A DNA stretch of 63,523 nt, filler included, from Reclinomonas americana ATCC 50394 (GCA_048213135.1; 4 parts of 2 records of this genome joined end to end with filler, not necessarily neighbours in it); one strand, 5' to 3'. Positions 1 through 14,700 are shown, numbered from the whole stretch's first letter. The notes: generated by a model from the letters alone, not told the origin. Translations and numbers: made by a program.

Positions 1-3000
1 TTCACCGATACTCTGTCCAGCAATGGTGCCGACCATTTCGCCGGGGGTGATGATGGCCTTTTGGAAGCGCGTCTCAATCTCCTTTAGCAGCGTGTCGAAC
101 GAGTCGCGATCCAGTTTGTGTTCCTGCGCGACAAGAACAAGAATGAGTACTGCAACGATACAAAGGATGCGCTGCCAAATCACGCAACAGCAATCACGCG
201 CTTGGAGGCCAGCATGGAGCGCACGTAGATTTCGAACAGCAGCGTGGCATTGGAGCTCATTTCCACGTCCTCGATCTTGGTGACTGTCACGCGACTGCAC
301 AGCTCGCGCACCTGGTTGATAATGTACACCGGCTGCAGGTAGCTCTGCGTGTGCACCGAGATGCCGGCCTTGCGCTGCGCGTTGATAATCAGACGCTCAA
401 TGTTGACAGGCATCGGGGCCTTGCCGACACGGATGCGACCGAGGAAACGGCGATCGTCCAGCAGCTGCGCAGTCTCGGCCGCCAACTCTGCCAGTTGCGT
501 GGGGTCATTCAGCAGCTCCATGCGTACCTGCACGGAGAAAAGAAAGACAGTGAGCACCAAATCCCCCCACACGGAGACCAGAAATCGATGGAAAAGTACC
601 TCAGGCGCCAGGCACTTGCCAAAGTCGGGTCGCGGATTGTGCCCGTCGAGTTCGTATCGGTACCTCCGGTTGAATTGGCCTTCGTCCATACCGAACAGCA
701 CAATCGACACGTCCTCCAAGTGAATCGGATCCAGACCGTCCTCGCCGTACACAAACTGCAGAATGTTGCCGCCAGCGTCACGGACGGTGGCATCGTAGCG
801 CACTTGCACATCCTCCATGGCCTTGATGAGGCGGCGCTGAATGTAACCGGTCTCGGCGGTCTTGCACGCCGTATCAATGATACCCTCACGACCGCCCATG
901 GCGTGGAAGAAGAACTCGGCGGGCGTCAGGCCCTGCACGTACGAGTTGGCCACGAAGCCTTTCGACTCGGCCTCGTACACGTCCTGCTTGTAGTGCGGCA
1001 GGGTGCGGTTGCGGAAGTTGAAGGCGATACGCTTGCCCTCCACGTTCTGCTGTCCGACCGAGGCCACGACTTGGGCAATGTTGTTGATGTCGCCCTTGGA
1101 GCCGGCCGTGGCCATGGCTTTGAAGTTGTTGGAGCGGGAGAGGCGTTCAAGGGCGTGCTTGCCGGCTTGCTCGCGGGCTTCGTTGAGGGGCTGAAAAGGG
1201 GGAGGAGGGCGAGGGAGGGGGAAGGGGAAGGAGGTGGAGGGGGAGGGAAGGGGAAGGGGTGAGGGGGAAGGAGGAAGGGGGGAAGGAAAGGGGGGAAGGA
1301 AAGGGGGTAAGGAAGTAGGGAGGAAGGAAGGGAGAGAAAAGGAGAGAAGGAGAGAGTGAGTGAGTAATCGACGTACGGTAGAGTAAGAAGGGAGTGAATG
1401 CGAGTACATAGTAGAGGTCGTGATTGACANNNNNNNNNNNNNNNNNNNNNNNNNNNNNNNNNNNNNNNNNNNNNNNNNNNNNNNNNNNNNNNNNNNNNNN
1501 NNNNNNNNNNNNNNNNNNNNNNNNNNNNNNNNNNNNNNNNNNNNNNNNNNNNNNNNNNNNNNNNNNNNNNNNNNNNNNNNNNNNNNNNNNNNNNNNNNNN
1601 NNNNNNNNNNNNNNNNNNNNNNNNNNNNNNNNNNNNNNNNNNNNNNNNNNNNNNNNNNNNNNNNNNNNNNNNNNNNNNNNNNNNNNNNNNNNNNNNNNNN
1701 NNNNNNNNNNNNNNNNNNNNNNNNNNNNNNNNNNNNNNNNNNNNNNNNNNNNNNNNNNNNNNNNNNNNNNNNNNNNNNNNNNNNNNNNNNNNNNNNNNNN
1801 NNNNNNNNNNNNNNNNNNNNNNNNNNNNNNNNNNNNNNNNNNNNNNNNNNNNNNNNNNNNNNNNNNNNNACGGTGGCATCGTAGCGCACTTGCACACTCC
1901 CTCCAGTGGCCTTGATGGAGGGCGGCGCTGAATCGGTAACCGGTCGTCGGCGGTCTTGCACGCCGTATCAATGATACCCTCACGACCGCCCATGGCGTGG
2001 AAGAAGAACTCGGCGGGCGTCAGGCCCTGCACGTACGAGTTGGCCACGAAGCCTTTCGACTCGGCCTCGTACACGTCCTGCTTGTAGTGCGGCAGGGTGC
2101 GGTTGCGGAAGTTGAAGGCGATACGCTTGCCCTCCACGTTCTGCTGTCCGACCGAGGCCACGACTTGGGCAATGTTGTTGATGTCGCCCTTGGAGCCGGC
2201 CGTGGCCATGGCTTTGAAGTTGTTGGAGCGGGAGAGGCGTTCAAGGGCGTGCTTGCCGGCTTGCTCGCGGGCTTCGTTGAGGGGCTGAAAAGGGGGAAGG
2301 AGGGCGAGGGAGGGGGAAGGGGAAGGAGTGAGGGGGAGGGAAGGGGAAGGGGTGAGGGGGAAGGAGAAGGGGGAAGGAAAGGGGGAAGGAAAGGGGTAAG
2401 GAATAGGAGGAAGGAAGGGAGAGAAAAGGAGAGAAAGGAAGAGAGTGAGTGAGTAATCACGTACGGTAGAGTAAGAAGGGAGTGAATGCGAGTACATAGT
2501 AGAGGTCGTGATTGACAGCAACTGACGATGAGAGATAGCAGACGAGAGCATATGAATTAGAGAAAGCGACACCGCGTGCATGTAAGAAAGGCACATGTAA
2601 CGCACGCAGTACTGACAAGGACAGGTTGAGGAAGAAAGAGAGAGAGAAGCAATTTGACGAGTGCGTGTCATCATCTGCGACACCAGAAGAGCGGTGAACG
2701 CGAGTGCAAGGTAGATAAGGTCAAACGAGTGCGAAAGAGTATGGTAACAACCAAATCGGCACATGTGTGTTGACGACCACCTGAACATGAAATGGCGCAC
2801 GAAGCGCTAACAAATGAGAGAGAGAGGGAGGGGGGGGGGGGGGGGACAGAGACATAGAGAGACAGAGAGAAGAGGAGAGAGAAGGAGAGAGAAAACGTGT
2901 GTGTGTGCGTGTGTGCGTGTGCGTGCGTCAGAGAGAGAGCGAGAAGCCAAACGTGCTGAAGAGCGCAAAATACGTCGGCTTGATGGAAAGCGAGAGATGG

Positions 3001-6000
3001 ATAGCGAGAGAGAGAGAGAGAGAGAAAAAAACACATAAACAAGAAGATGTGCCAGCACAAGAGGAGGGTTACCAAAAGGAGGCTGCTCTCTCACTCCCTC
3101 CCGTGATCTCCCTCCCTCGCCTGCTCTTCACCCCCCACTCACCGCATTCACGAGTCGCTCAAACGACTCGAGCAGCGTCAAACCGGGCTTCGGTTCAAGC
3201 TGATGCCGCTTCAGGTTCTCAATGTGCTGCTTCACACGGTTGCGCGCCTCCTCGACAATCTCCTCGATACGCCGCTTCGTCTCATCGTCGGGCACACAAT
3301 CGCCAATGCCAATGGAGAATCCATTGTGCAGCAGCCAGTAGTTGACCACACGCTGGCAATCGCCGACGAGCTTGGCGCACACTGCCGGGCCGTACTCCAT
3401 GTAGGTGACGTGGATGAGTGAGCCGCCTGACGAACCCATGGTGTTCTTGCAGCAAATGCCCGCAATCAGTTGGCCTGCCACACAAAGGGAGAGAGTGAGG
3501 GAGATGCGCTCATGCAAAGAGACTGAGGCCATTTATACCTTGCTGAATAATGACATTGGTGTCACCGATCGAGGCGTCCGGGTCGATCACGTCGGGGTGC
3601 GATGCGTCGTCGGGATGACCCTTGGACTTGCGATTCACATTGACCGGCGGCAAGAACTACGAAGAGAGAAAGTTTAGTGGCAAGCAAGAGAGCGCATCCC
3701 TCAACACGACATCACCTGTGAAAACAGCTGCTTGCCGGTCCACAGTGGGCGCGGCTTGAGAATGGCGGGTGTCGGGATCTGTCCGTTCCAGTCGTCGACA
3801 TACATCAGGTTGTTCATGAACATGTCCTGGCGGCAACAACGGGCGTGGGTGAGTCGGGTGACCAGCCACCGTATCTCTCTCTTTCTAGTTATCCTCACCT
3901 TCTCAATAAACACATCGCGCACGGTCAGTTTGCGGCACGCCAGCAGACTGTCCTGCACAATGCCCATGACGGGACTGTTCGACTTGGGTGAAATCATGTT
4001 CTTCGGCACCATCATCTGCACATGGAGGGGTGGTGAGTGTGCGCGACACCACAATGACCCGGAAAAAGAAGCAAACCATTTCCATCAGCTCGGCCTTGGT
4101 GAGAAGGCTTTGCGGCGCGTGCAAGTTCATTTCGTCGCCGTCGAAATCGGCATTGTATGGACTGGTGACGGAGAGGTTGAGGCGGAATGTGGAGAACGGC
4201 ATGACTCGCACGCGGTGACCCATCATGGACATTTTGTGGAGGGTCGGCTGGCGGTTGAACAGCACAACGTCGTTGTCCTGCGGTAAAGGGGGTAAGAATG
4301 AGAAGGATGGGTAGGAGGAAAAGGGGGTAAGAAGGAGAAGGATGGGAGAGAAGGATGGGAGAGAAGGGAGAGAAGGAGAAGGGGAAGGATGGAAAGAAGG
4401 GGTAAAGGGGGAGAGAGAGTGTGACGGAGACGGAAGGCGGAAGAAGTGAAAGAATGTGCAACAGATGAGAGGAGGAAGAGAGAGGAACTGAGGAGAGGAG
4501 CAAAAATGACACAAACATTTCTCCGTTTCTGCTTTCAATTTCCTTTCTACACTTCTTCTTTTATTCTTCAACCCCACTGACTTTTCTTTCTTCGTTTCTC
4601 TCTCACACGCATCCTCTCGCTGCTTTTCTCAGTGTGCAAGAGAGAAAGAGTCACAAAAATGAAGACGGAGACGACAGCCAGAAGCACGAGAGTTCTGTGG
4701 AGTCTGACGGAGGAAAGGGAGTCGAACAGGAACACGACAATGGGGACGCATGAGAAGGACGAGATGCGTGGAGACTGAAGGAGAGAACAGAGGCCTCTAA
4801 GAGAGAGGCAATCGACAAGAGGCGCATTCAATCGACCTTCTCCAACAACCTTTCCCTATAAACCCACACCACGCAACTGCCAAATGCCTCTCCACAGTGT
4901 ACCCATACATCAGCGGCACGTTCGACGAGTAGCGCAGATCCTTGCGCATGCCGTCGTCGGTGATGACGTAGCGCGCGCCGGGGTGCACCTGCGGGCCGCG
5001 ATGCACGAGGTCCTGCAGACGACGAATGTTGTACTGCGTCACGACCTCGGGCACCGTCATGCGCAGCGCGACCTTGTCGGGCACACCGACTTGGTCGATC
5101 TCGATGTTGGGGTCGGCGGTGATGACAGAGCGCGCGGAGAAATTCACACGCTTGCCCATGAGGTTGCCACGAATGCGACCCTCCTTGCCCTTCAGGCGCT
5201 GTCGAATGGATTTGACAGGGCGGCCACCGCGCTTCTGCTTGGCACGCTCCAGTCCCTGCTGCTCATTGTCCATGTACGTGATGACGTGGAACTGCAGCAG
5301 CTGCTCCGTCTCCAGCAGCTGATGGGGTGGTGCTCCCGACTCCTCTTCGCGCCGCAGGTTGCGGTTGACAATGAGAATGTCGGAGAGCTTGAAGGTCAGG
5401 TCGTCTTCCGAGCGACCACCCGAGCCACCGGCCACCACCGACGGCCGGATGCTCGGCGGGGGGACGGGAAGCACGGCTGCATTTATATTTTGCTGTCAAA
5501 TGAATGCAGAGACGGATGACGGGAGAAACAAAAAAAAAACGCAACTGAGAATCATCCAGTCGGGACGAGCCTGGTCGGGGTTGAAGCCCATCATCTTGTA
5601 GGCCTCGTCGTCGACCTTGCTGAGGATTTCGTGGGCCACTTTTGGGCTCAGTCGTTCCTGTGGTGCACGACAGGAGAGGGTGAGGGAAAGGAGGAGAAGG
5701 GTGGGAGGGGAAAGAGGAGAAGGGTGGGAGGGGAAAGAGGAGAAGGGTGGGAGGGATAAGAGGAGAAGGGTGGCAGGAAAAAGAGGAGAAGGGTGGGAGG
5801 GCAAAGGGGAGGCAGGAAGAAGAGAGGAAGGGCGAGGGACTGAGAGAGAGTTGCCTTCGCTCCCCTTCCCTCTCCTATTTCACCCAGTTCACCCACCTTG
5901 GTGTGCCCACTTCCACCACCGCCGCTCTTGTACTCCACCCACAGATCCATCTTCATCTTGCGAATGTTGTGTGGGCGCTGGAAGCCACAGCCGCTGTTCT

Positions 6001-6807
6001 CCACCATGCTGGCATCAAAGTTGCCTTCGGCTTCGAGGCGCTTCCGCTCCTCTTGCTCCGCCGCCGTGTNNNNNNNNNNNNNNNNNNNNNNNNNNNNNNN
6101 NNNNNNNNNNNNNNNNNNNNNNNNNNNNNNNNNNNNNNNNNNNNNNNNNNNNNNNNNNNNNNNNNNNNNNNNNNNNNNNNNNNNNNNNNNNNNNNNNNNN
6201 NNNNNNNNNNNNNNNNNNNNNNNNNNNNNNNNNNNNNNNNNNNNNNNNNNNNNNNNNNNNNNNNGGAGAGAGAGAGAGAGTGTGTGTGTGTGTGTTTCAT
6301 TACTGCTCGCGAGCATCTCTCATGGTTGTCACAAGCCTCGTTCTCTCGTGCACCACGAACATGCTCTCACGTGCATTCACAACACAAACTCTGTAATTGT
6401 CGCTCTGCGTGTGCAGGTACGTGCGTGAGACAATGAGCGTGTGAATGAGTATTGTTGTCTGTCGCACTTACACCTGCACATGCAGCTGTCTCTTGCAACA
6501 CGTTCTCTCATGCAGTCACAGCGCACACCCTCACACTGACTGTGCGTGTGAATGCGCGAGAGACTGAGTGTGTGCATGCGTGTTGTCTCCAATCACGCAT
6601 TCCCCACATCTCATGCATGCATTCTCTGGCACCTGCTGTCTCTTGCTCTCTCTCTCACACACACTCACACTCACTCTCTCACACACTCTCTCCACTCAGT
6701 GACATGCACTGCTAATACGCAACAATCTGCTTGGGGCTGAGCACACCAAACTGGATTCGCCCAATGGCCTTCAACTCGGCCGTCGATCCATGCAAGTACT
6801 CGGTCAT
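1..6807 (-). CDS. RPB1: RNA polymerase II largest subunit, multi-exon; 3' end runs off the window, some exons lie in gaps
   Basis: First exon [28 protein letters not shown]. Motifs [43 protein letters not shown], catalytic [11 protein letters not shown], and bridge helix [35 protein letters not shown]. Confidence 0.95.
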
Positions 6808-7267
6808 TGCAACTCACTCGCTCACTCACTCAACGAGAGAGACACAAAGAGAGAGAAAGAAGGAGAGAACGCGCGCGCGTGTGACAAGTGAGATGTCACT
6901 GCAAGCACTCACTCACTCACAGCTGCGTGTGCGTGTGTGTGTCTGCGCGTGTGCGACTCTCAGGCACACAAAGGGAGGGAGTGTGTGTGTGTGTATGTGT
7001 GGAAATGTGGTCGAAGTGAAATTGGAACGGCCGAGCGTGTGGTCTTCGCTCGCCGACTGAAATCACAAAAAAACTGAGTGTGCATTGATTGGTCAGACTG
7101 TGGAAATAAGAATCTGTCCCGCCGCATTGTCGGCTGCAGTGTGCGTGCGTTAGATGGCCAATTGGGTGATAATGAGTTTGTGTTGAGCTGAACACAATTG
7201 TTTGCGTGTGAGAATCGCTCGCAATCGGCAATTTCACGGCCAATTCGAATTCGAATTCGAATAAACA

Positions 7268-8078
7268 CAACAACAACTTTACTAATCCAAACAGCAGCAG
7301 CTGCATGATGATCACCATCTTGAGTGAGCACCAGAAACTCAGACATCACGTGAACACTGAGAGAAAGTCGAGATGGCTAATGCTGGCGTTTCTGCAAGAG
7401 AAACCACGGCTTATGACAAGCATGGATTTGACGCCAAATTCCAAAAAGGAAGCAAGAAAGATAGCAAAGTGTTGGTATCAGAACACATAGAGAAAACCAA
7501 CAAAGCCAGGCAACGTGCAAGTAAGTCCGGGAAGGAACTGAGATGCGTTTGAGAGGTTGTTGTTGGTGATGGTGTTGTTGTTGTTGCTCACGGAAGTTGT
7601 CACTGCCGTCTGTTGATTCTGGCAACGGCACCGCAATGCGCCGACCAGATGTAATGGTCGTGGCGAGCGGCACAGCTGCACAGTTTCGACAGCAAGCGAT
7701 CCGTGTAAACACATCGGAAGTCATCGACGTCGATACGTACTGCAACGGAGGCAGCTGGTCGCTGCATACGCATCGCAGGGTACCACTCTATAAAGTAAAG
7801 GCTCCGTTTATCCAGGCAATGCATCCTTCAACCACACAACGAAATGATGACACCTCCACTGTTTTTGCCTTGCCTGCTTCATGGATCCGGACCCGGCGGT
7901 GCTTTGTTGGCGTCAAATCCATGCTTGTCATAAGCCGTGGTTTCTCTTGCGGAAACGCCAGCATTAGCCATCTCGACTTTCTCTCAGTGTTCACGTGATG
8001 TCTGAGTTTCTGGTGCTCACTCAAGATGGTGATCATGATGCAGCTGTGTTGCTGTTTGGATTAGTAAAGTTGTTGTTG
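7268..8078. mobile_element. Element with ~170-bp near-perfect inverted arms (MITE-like, or two inverted copies of a dispersed repeat)
   Basis: 7268-7437 is the reverse complement of 7907-8078 with few mismatches, around a ~470-bp spacer. The arms end in (CAA)n/(TTG)n. A partial third copy lies at 32582-32613. Confidence 0.6.
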
Positions 8079-8777
8079 TTGTTGTTGCCTGGNNNNNNNN
8101 NNNNNNNNNNNNNNNNNNNNNNNNNNNNNNNNNNNNNNNNNNNNNNNNNNNNNNNNNNNNNNNNNNNNNNNNNNNNNNNNNNNNNNNNNNNNNNNNNNNN
8201 NNNNNNNNNNNNNNNNNNNNNNNNNNNNNNNNNNNNNNNNNNNNNNNNNCTTATGGCCTTTTCCCGAATTCGATGTGCCGTGTACGATCGCAGAAAACGC
8301 TATGCGTCTCAATGCAAGTGCGTCAAATCCACTGGTCAACCACGCTTATGCGGTGAAGATCGCAGTTCTCGACTTTGTTCGGAGCTCCGAGAGCGAACAC
8401 ACACACACAAGGAACCTGCTGCTGCCTCATGATTGGATACGGTTGAACTTGGTCATCAAGACAGCTGCTGCTTGCTTGGAATGAGTCGCTGTCACGGCAT
8501 TATATCCCCGAAAGAGTCGCAGTTGACCAAGTGTACTTCACGTTTCTTCCAGAGGAACAGCAGTCACAACAAACGCTCTTTGTGAATACAAACAAGAGAA
8601 GAACGGACAGATACAATTGGATTACGATTGTGACTGCTCCGTTCTTCTCTTCCAGAAACCTCAGTATACTAAACAGTAACTATCACCATACAATAAACAC
8701 CAATGAAGCTTTCGAGGGTGATGGACGAAACAAGAAGCGGAGAATAGAATCAAGAGAACGTGGCCATCTGCCTACAG

Positions 8778-11700
8778 CTAGAGCAAAGAGCATATGCCGA
8801 GATCAAAAGTGTAAAGCTGACCGCCACCCACAGCAGCCGCCAGCATGGCACCGTCGCTGCTGGAAGCCAACGCAGTCCACGCGCGATTGGAATCACGAGA
8901 AGTCCAAGTCACACCAGAGTCAGTGGAGGTGTATACATTGTCGCCATTCGCCACCGCCATCAGGTTGGTGCCGTCGCTGCTCGAGGCCACTGACGTCCAC
9001 TGGCGAGTGGCTTCGCGAGCTGTCCAAGTCACGCCAGAGTCAGTGGAGGTGTAGATCTGAATAGAACCGCCAGCAGCTACCAGATTGGTGCCGTCACTGC
9101 TGGAAGCGACCGTCAACCAGTTACGATTGGAATCACGCGGAGTCCAAGTCACGCCAGAGTCAGTGGAAGTGTAGATCTGCCCATTCTGCTCAACAGCCAC
9201 CAGCTTGGTGCCGTCGCTGCTCGATGCCACAGATCGCCAGTGCCGATTAGAATCACGAGCGGTCCACGTCACGCCAGAGTCAGTGGACGTGTAGATCTGA
9301 TCTGGATTCACCACGGCCACCAGCTTGGTGCCGTCGCTGCTGGAGGCAACTGATGTCCACTGGCGATTGGATTCACGTGCAGTCCATGTCACACCAGAGT
9401 CGACGGACGTGTAGATCAGACCAGGGTTCACCACAGCTGCCAGCTTGGCGCCGTCACCGCTCGAGGCTACCGCTGTCCATTGGCGACTGGTCTCGCGAGC
9501 GGTCCACGTCACGCCAGAATCAATAGAGGTATAAATGTTACCAGGGTTCACCACGGCTGCCAGCTTGGTGAAGTCACTGCTTGAGGCCACAGATCGCCAG
9601 TTGCGACTGACCTCACGAGTACTGGAAGGGCGAGCAATGCATGACAACCCTTGTACAAATAACAAAGTCAGCGACTGCGCACAGTGAAGACGCGATTAGG
9701 AACAATAGCACTACTCACCGGTGCATGGACTCATGCAGATGCACAATCCATCAGTGCCACAGATACCGTTTCCATAGCACGTCGTGGCCGCCACACAGTT
9801 CGCATTGCACGATGCACCGTAATAGTCAGCATCGCACAGACACGTGCCGTCAGTCTTGCACGATCCGTGACCGGAGTACGTGATGCTGGGACTGCAGTTG
9901 CAGTTGGCATTGGTGTAGTCGCCAGTGCACTGGCATGAGCCGTCAATAGGGCTGAATGTGCCGTGGTAAGAGCACACAGAACATATGCTTAGATCGACAG
10001 TGTAGATCTGGCCTCCACTCACAACAGCCACCAGTTTGGTGCCGTCACTGCTGGAGGCCACTGATACCCAGTTACGGATTGAATCAAGAGAAGTCCACAT
10101 CACGCCAGAGTCGGCCGTGGTGTATATCAGACCACTGTTCACGACAGCCGTCAACTTGGAGCCGTCACTGCTGGAGGCCACCGATCGCCATTGGCGATTG
10201 GACTCGCGAGCTGTCCACGTCACACCCGAGTCAGTGGAGGTGTAGATCTGCAGACTAGTTCCGGTAGCAACGAGCTTGGTGCCGTCACTGCTAGAGGCCA
10301 CTGACAACCAGCTTTGAAAGGGGTCACGAGTCGTCCACGTCACACCAGAGTCAGTGGACGTATGCAGCCCGCCGCCGGCCGCCGCCACAGCCACAAGCTT
10401 GGTGCCGTCACTGCTGGATGCCACTCCAGTCCAGTTGCGATTGGATTCACGAGCAGTCCACGTCACACCAGAGTCAGTGGACGTGTAGATCTGACCTGGA
10501 TTCGTCACGACCACCAGCTTTATGCCGTCATCGCTGGAGGCTACTGAGTTCCAGTTGCGATTGGATTCACGAGCCACCCAACTCACGCCAGAGTCAGTGG
10601 AAGTGTAGATATGACCGCCAAGCACACCAGCCACCAGCTTTGTGCCGTCACTACTGGAGGCCACTGACAGCCACTCGCGATTGGACTCACGAGTCGTCCA
10701 AGTCACGCCAGAGTCGGTAGAAGTGTAGATCTGGCCACCGTTCACCACGGCTGCCAGCTTGGTGCCGTCACTGCTGGAGGCCACTGCAGTCCAGAATCGA
10801 TTAGAATCACGAGCAATCCATGGGCTGGTCGAGCACGACGATCCTGCGCACATCAACACAATCAGCGATCGCGCGCGCAGCGAAGGTGAATTCGGGACCA
10901 GAAGCAAACTCACGCACTCACCACTACATGGACTCGTGCAGCTGCACGTTCCATCGATGTTGCACGTTCCATGTCCAGAGCACGTGACAGTGGGACTGCA
11001 GTTGCAGCTGGCATTGGTGTAGTCGCCAGTGCACAGACAAGTGCCGTCACTCTTGCATGTTCCGTGACCAGAGCACGTCGTGGCCGCCACACAACTCACG
11101 TTGCACGAGGCACCGTAATATTCAGCGTCGCACTGGCACAGGCCGTCAGTCATGCACGCTCCGTGTCCCGAGCACGTGACGCTGGGACTGCAGTTACAGT
11201 TGGCATTGGTGTAGTTGCCAGTGCACTGACATGTGCCGTCAATGGGGCTTAATGTGCCGTGGTCAGAGCATACCGAGCAAGTGCCGAGGTTTAACGTGTA
11301 AATATTGTGACCACCCACGGCCACAAATCTTGTCCCGTCACTGCTGGAGGCGACTGACAGCCAGGTACGGATTGAATCAAGAGAAGTCCACGTCGCACCA
11401 GAGTCAGTCGACGTGTAAATTCTGTCAACATTCACCACGGCCACCAGCTTGGTGCCATCACTGCTGGAGGCCACTGCAGTCCAGAGACGACTTGAATCGC
11501 GAGCCGTCCACGTAACACCAGAGTCTGTGGACGTGTATAGCCGACCAGAATTCACCGCAGCCACAAGCTTGGTGCCATCACTGCTGGAGGTCACCGACAC
11601 CCACACGCGACCGGAATCGCGAGCTGTCCACGTCACGCCAGAGTCAGTGGACGTGTAGATCTGACCGTTGTTAGTAACAGCAGCCACCAGCTTGGTACCG

Positions 11701-14700
11701 TCACTGCTGGAGGCTACCGACACCCACGCGCGACTAGAAGCGCGAGCTGTCCAAATCACGCCTGAGTCAGCAGACGTGTAAATATTTCCAGGATTCGCAA
11801 CAGCCACCAGCTTTATTCCGTCGCTGCTAGATGCCACTGCAGTCCAGTTACGACCAGCATCACGAGCCGTCCAAATCACGCCAGAGTCAGCAGACGTGTA
11901 AATATTACCAGGATTCACAACAGCCACCAGCTTGGTTCCGTCACTGCTAGATGCCACTGCAGTCCACACGCGACTTGAATCGCGAGCCATCCACGTCACA
12001 CCTGCGTCAGCAGACGTGAAAATATTACCAGGCTTCACAACAGCCACCAGCTTGGCTCCGTCAACACTCGAGGCCACTGCAATCCAGTTGCGACTCGAAT
12101 CACGAACAACGGAAGAGCTGACTGCGCACGAAGGCCCTGTGTACGATTACAATATCAGCGACAGCGCACGACGAACTCACTGACAGGACCAACTGCACCA
12201 CTCACCAGTGCACGGACTCGCGCAGATGCACGAACCGTCGGAGCCACAGGTACCGTGTCCAGAGCACTTGGCAGTGGGACTGCAGTTGCACCTGGCGTTG
12301 GCGTAGTCGCCCGTGCACTGGCATGTGCCGTCAGCCTTGCATGTTCCGTTGCCAGAGCACGTCGTAGCTGCCAAACAGTTCACAGTGCACAAGGCACCGT
12401 AGTAGTCAGCGTCGCACAGGCACGTTCCATCGATGTTGCACGTTCCACGTCCAGAACAGGTGGTGGCGGGACTGCAGTTCACATTACACGATCCTCCATG
12501 ATAGTCAACATCACAATGGCACGCGCCATCAATGTTGCAAGTTCCATGTCCAGAGCACGTGACAGTGGGACTGCAGTTGCAACTGGCATTGGTGTAGTCG
12601 CCCGTGCACTGGCAAGTGGCGTCACTCTTGCACAATCCGTTGCCAGAGCACGTCGTGGCTGCCACACAGTTCTCAGTGCACGAGGCGCCGTAGTAGTCAG
12701 CGTCGCACTGGCATGTGCCGTCAGTTTTGCAAGTTCCGTGACCAGAACAGGTGGTAGCGGGACTGCAGTTCACATTACACGATCCTCCATAATAGTCAGC
12801 ATCACAATGGCACGCGCCATCAATGTTGCAAGTTCCGTGACCAGAGCACGTGGCAGTAGGACTGCAGTTGCAGCTAGTGTTGGTGTAGTCGCCATTGCAC
12901 TGGCATGTACCGTCATTCTTGCACATTCCGTTACCAGAGCACGTCGTGGCTGCCACACAATTCACAGTGCACGAGGCACCGTAATAGTCAGCGTCGCACT
13001 GGCACGTTCCATCGATGTTGCACGTTCCATTGCCGGAGCACGTCGTAGCAGCCACACAGTTCACAGTGCACGAGGCACCATAGTAGTCAGCGTCGCACTG
13101 GCACGTTCCATCAACATTGCATGTTCCGTGACCAGAGCACGTGACAGTGGGACTGCAGTTGCAGCTGGCATTGGTGTAGTTGCCAGCGCACTGGCATGTG
13201 CCGTCAGCCTTGCATGTTCCGTGACCGGAGCACGTGGTGGTGGGACTGCAGTTGCAGTTAGCATTGGTGTAGTCGCCCGTGCACAGGCATGTTCCATCAA
13301 CATTGCATGTTCCGTGACCAGAGCACGTGACAGTGGGACTGCAGTTGCAGCTGGCGTTGGTGTACTCGCCAGTGCACAGACACGCGCCGTCACTCTGGCA
13401 CGTTCCGTGACCGGAGCACGTGGTGGCCACCACACAGTTCACATTGCACGATCCTCCATAATAGTCAGCGTCGCACTGGCACGTGCCATCGATATTGCAT
13501 GTTCCGTGACCGGAGCACGTGGTGACCGGATCGCACGACGACTCACACGTGCCGAGCGCACAGCTACCAGAGCAGCAGTCACCACCAGTCGAGCACGCAC
13601 CACCCAATGCCAAGCAACCGCATCGCGCTGTACCGTTCGCCTCAAAGCACTCGCGACCCTCGGCACACTGCGCGACGATCTGAGTGGTGCCATAGACACA
13701 GCTCAGCAACTCACGTCGATTCAGTGAGCACGTCGTGGTGCCGTCTGGCAGCGTGCACACGCCGCAGTCGGAACCACTGTAGCCGGCGGGGCACGAGATT
13801 GGCGCGCCTTGCGCCGCACGACCAGTTGCCACCCACGTCACGTACTCCACGTCCAACGCATCCGCCCCGCTGGCGTTGAAAGAGATCGCCGTCACATAGT
13901 CCTCGTTGCCGAGGCGCTTGGTGGTGAACTGGAGCGACTGCTGATCGATGCGGTTCTGCACAATGACTGCCGACGACTTCCACCCACGCAGGAACAGCTG
14001 CACGCTGATGGTCGCACGTAGCAGACCATTGGGGGTCGACGCCGTCACCAAACTGGCTGTCTTTGTCACTGTACTGCTGGTGTGTGTTGTTTCTGCACCA
14101 CAAAACAATGGGTCAACAAAGAATAACATGGTGCGCAGCGTCTCAAAAAAAAGAGAGAGGGGAAAAGGTGATCGCACCACCCGAAAGCATGACAAATCCA
14201 CTGTTGTTGGTGCTGTCGGTGCGCGCCGGTGCCACAGCAAAGCGCGCACACACCGCCCCCATGCGTGAGTCGCCGCTCACCGTCCCCTTGACGACAAAAC
14301 TCGACCGCGAGGCTGAGCTGCTTGTCACCGAAAAGTTGTCGCCGCGAACGCGACCATCGTCACTATCACTCGACTGCCGCATCGACAGCACACCAATGAC
14401 GGCCACCGGAATGGTTGGCACCGATGCAAACTGGTACGTAGACGACACACTCAACAGCTACGAACCGTCAGCGGGTCAATCAACACGATTGCACACAACC
14501 GCATCGCACGACCAAACCACGCAACAGTCGAACTGCTCTTGTTCACCGCATCCGACAACCACGACTTGCTCGTCAGCGTGCGCTGACCATCCACTGACAG
14601 AGCATTCGTCTGGTGCACGTAGTACGCCAGGTAGCCTGCAGGCGAATGATGAGTCACACTTCCTCTCACACGTCTCCTCCGCCACCTAACATCGCCAGTG

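Noticed and set aside
780-2517. Apparent tandem duplication of an RPB1 exon with frameshifts in one copy
   Set aside because: The near-identical copies flank an N gap and the indels cluster at the contig end. This fits unmerged overlapping contigs with low-quality read ends.
8800-13500. Regular DNA repeats resembling a CRISPR-like array
   Set aside because: These are in-frame protein repeats (Asp-box and EGF) with synonymous variation.
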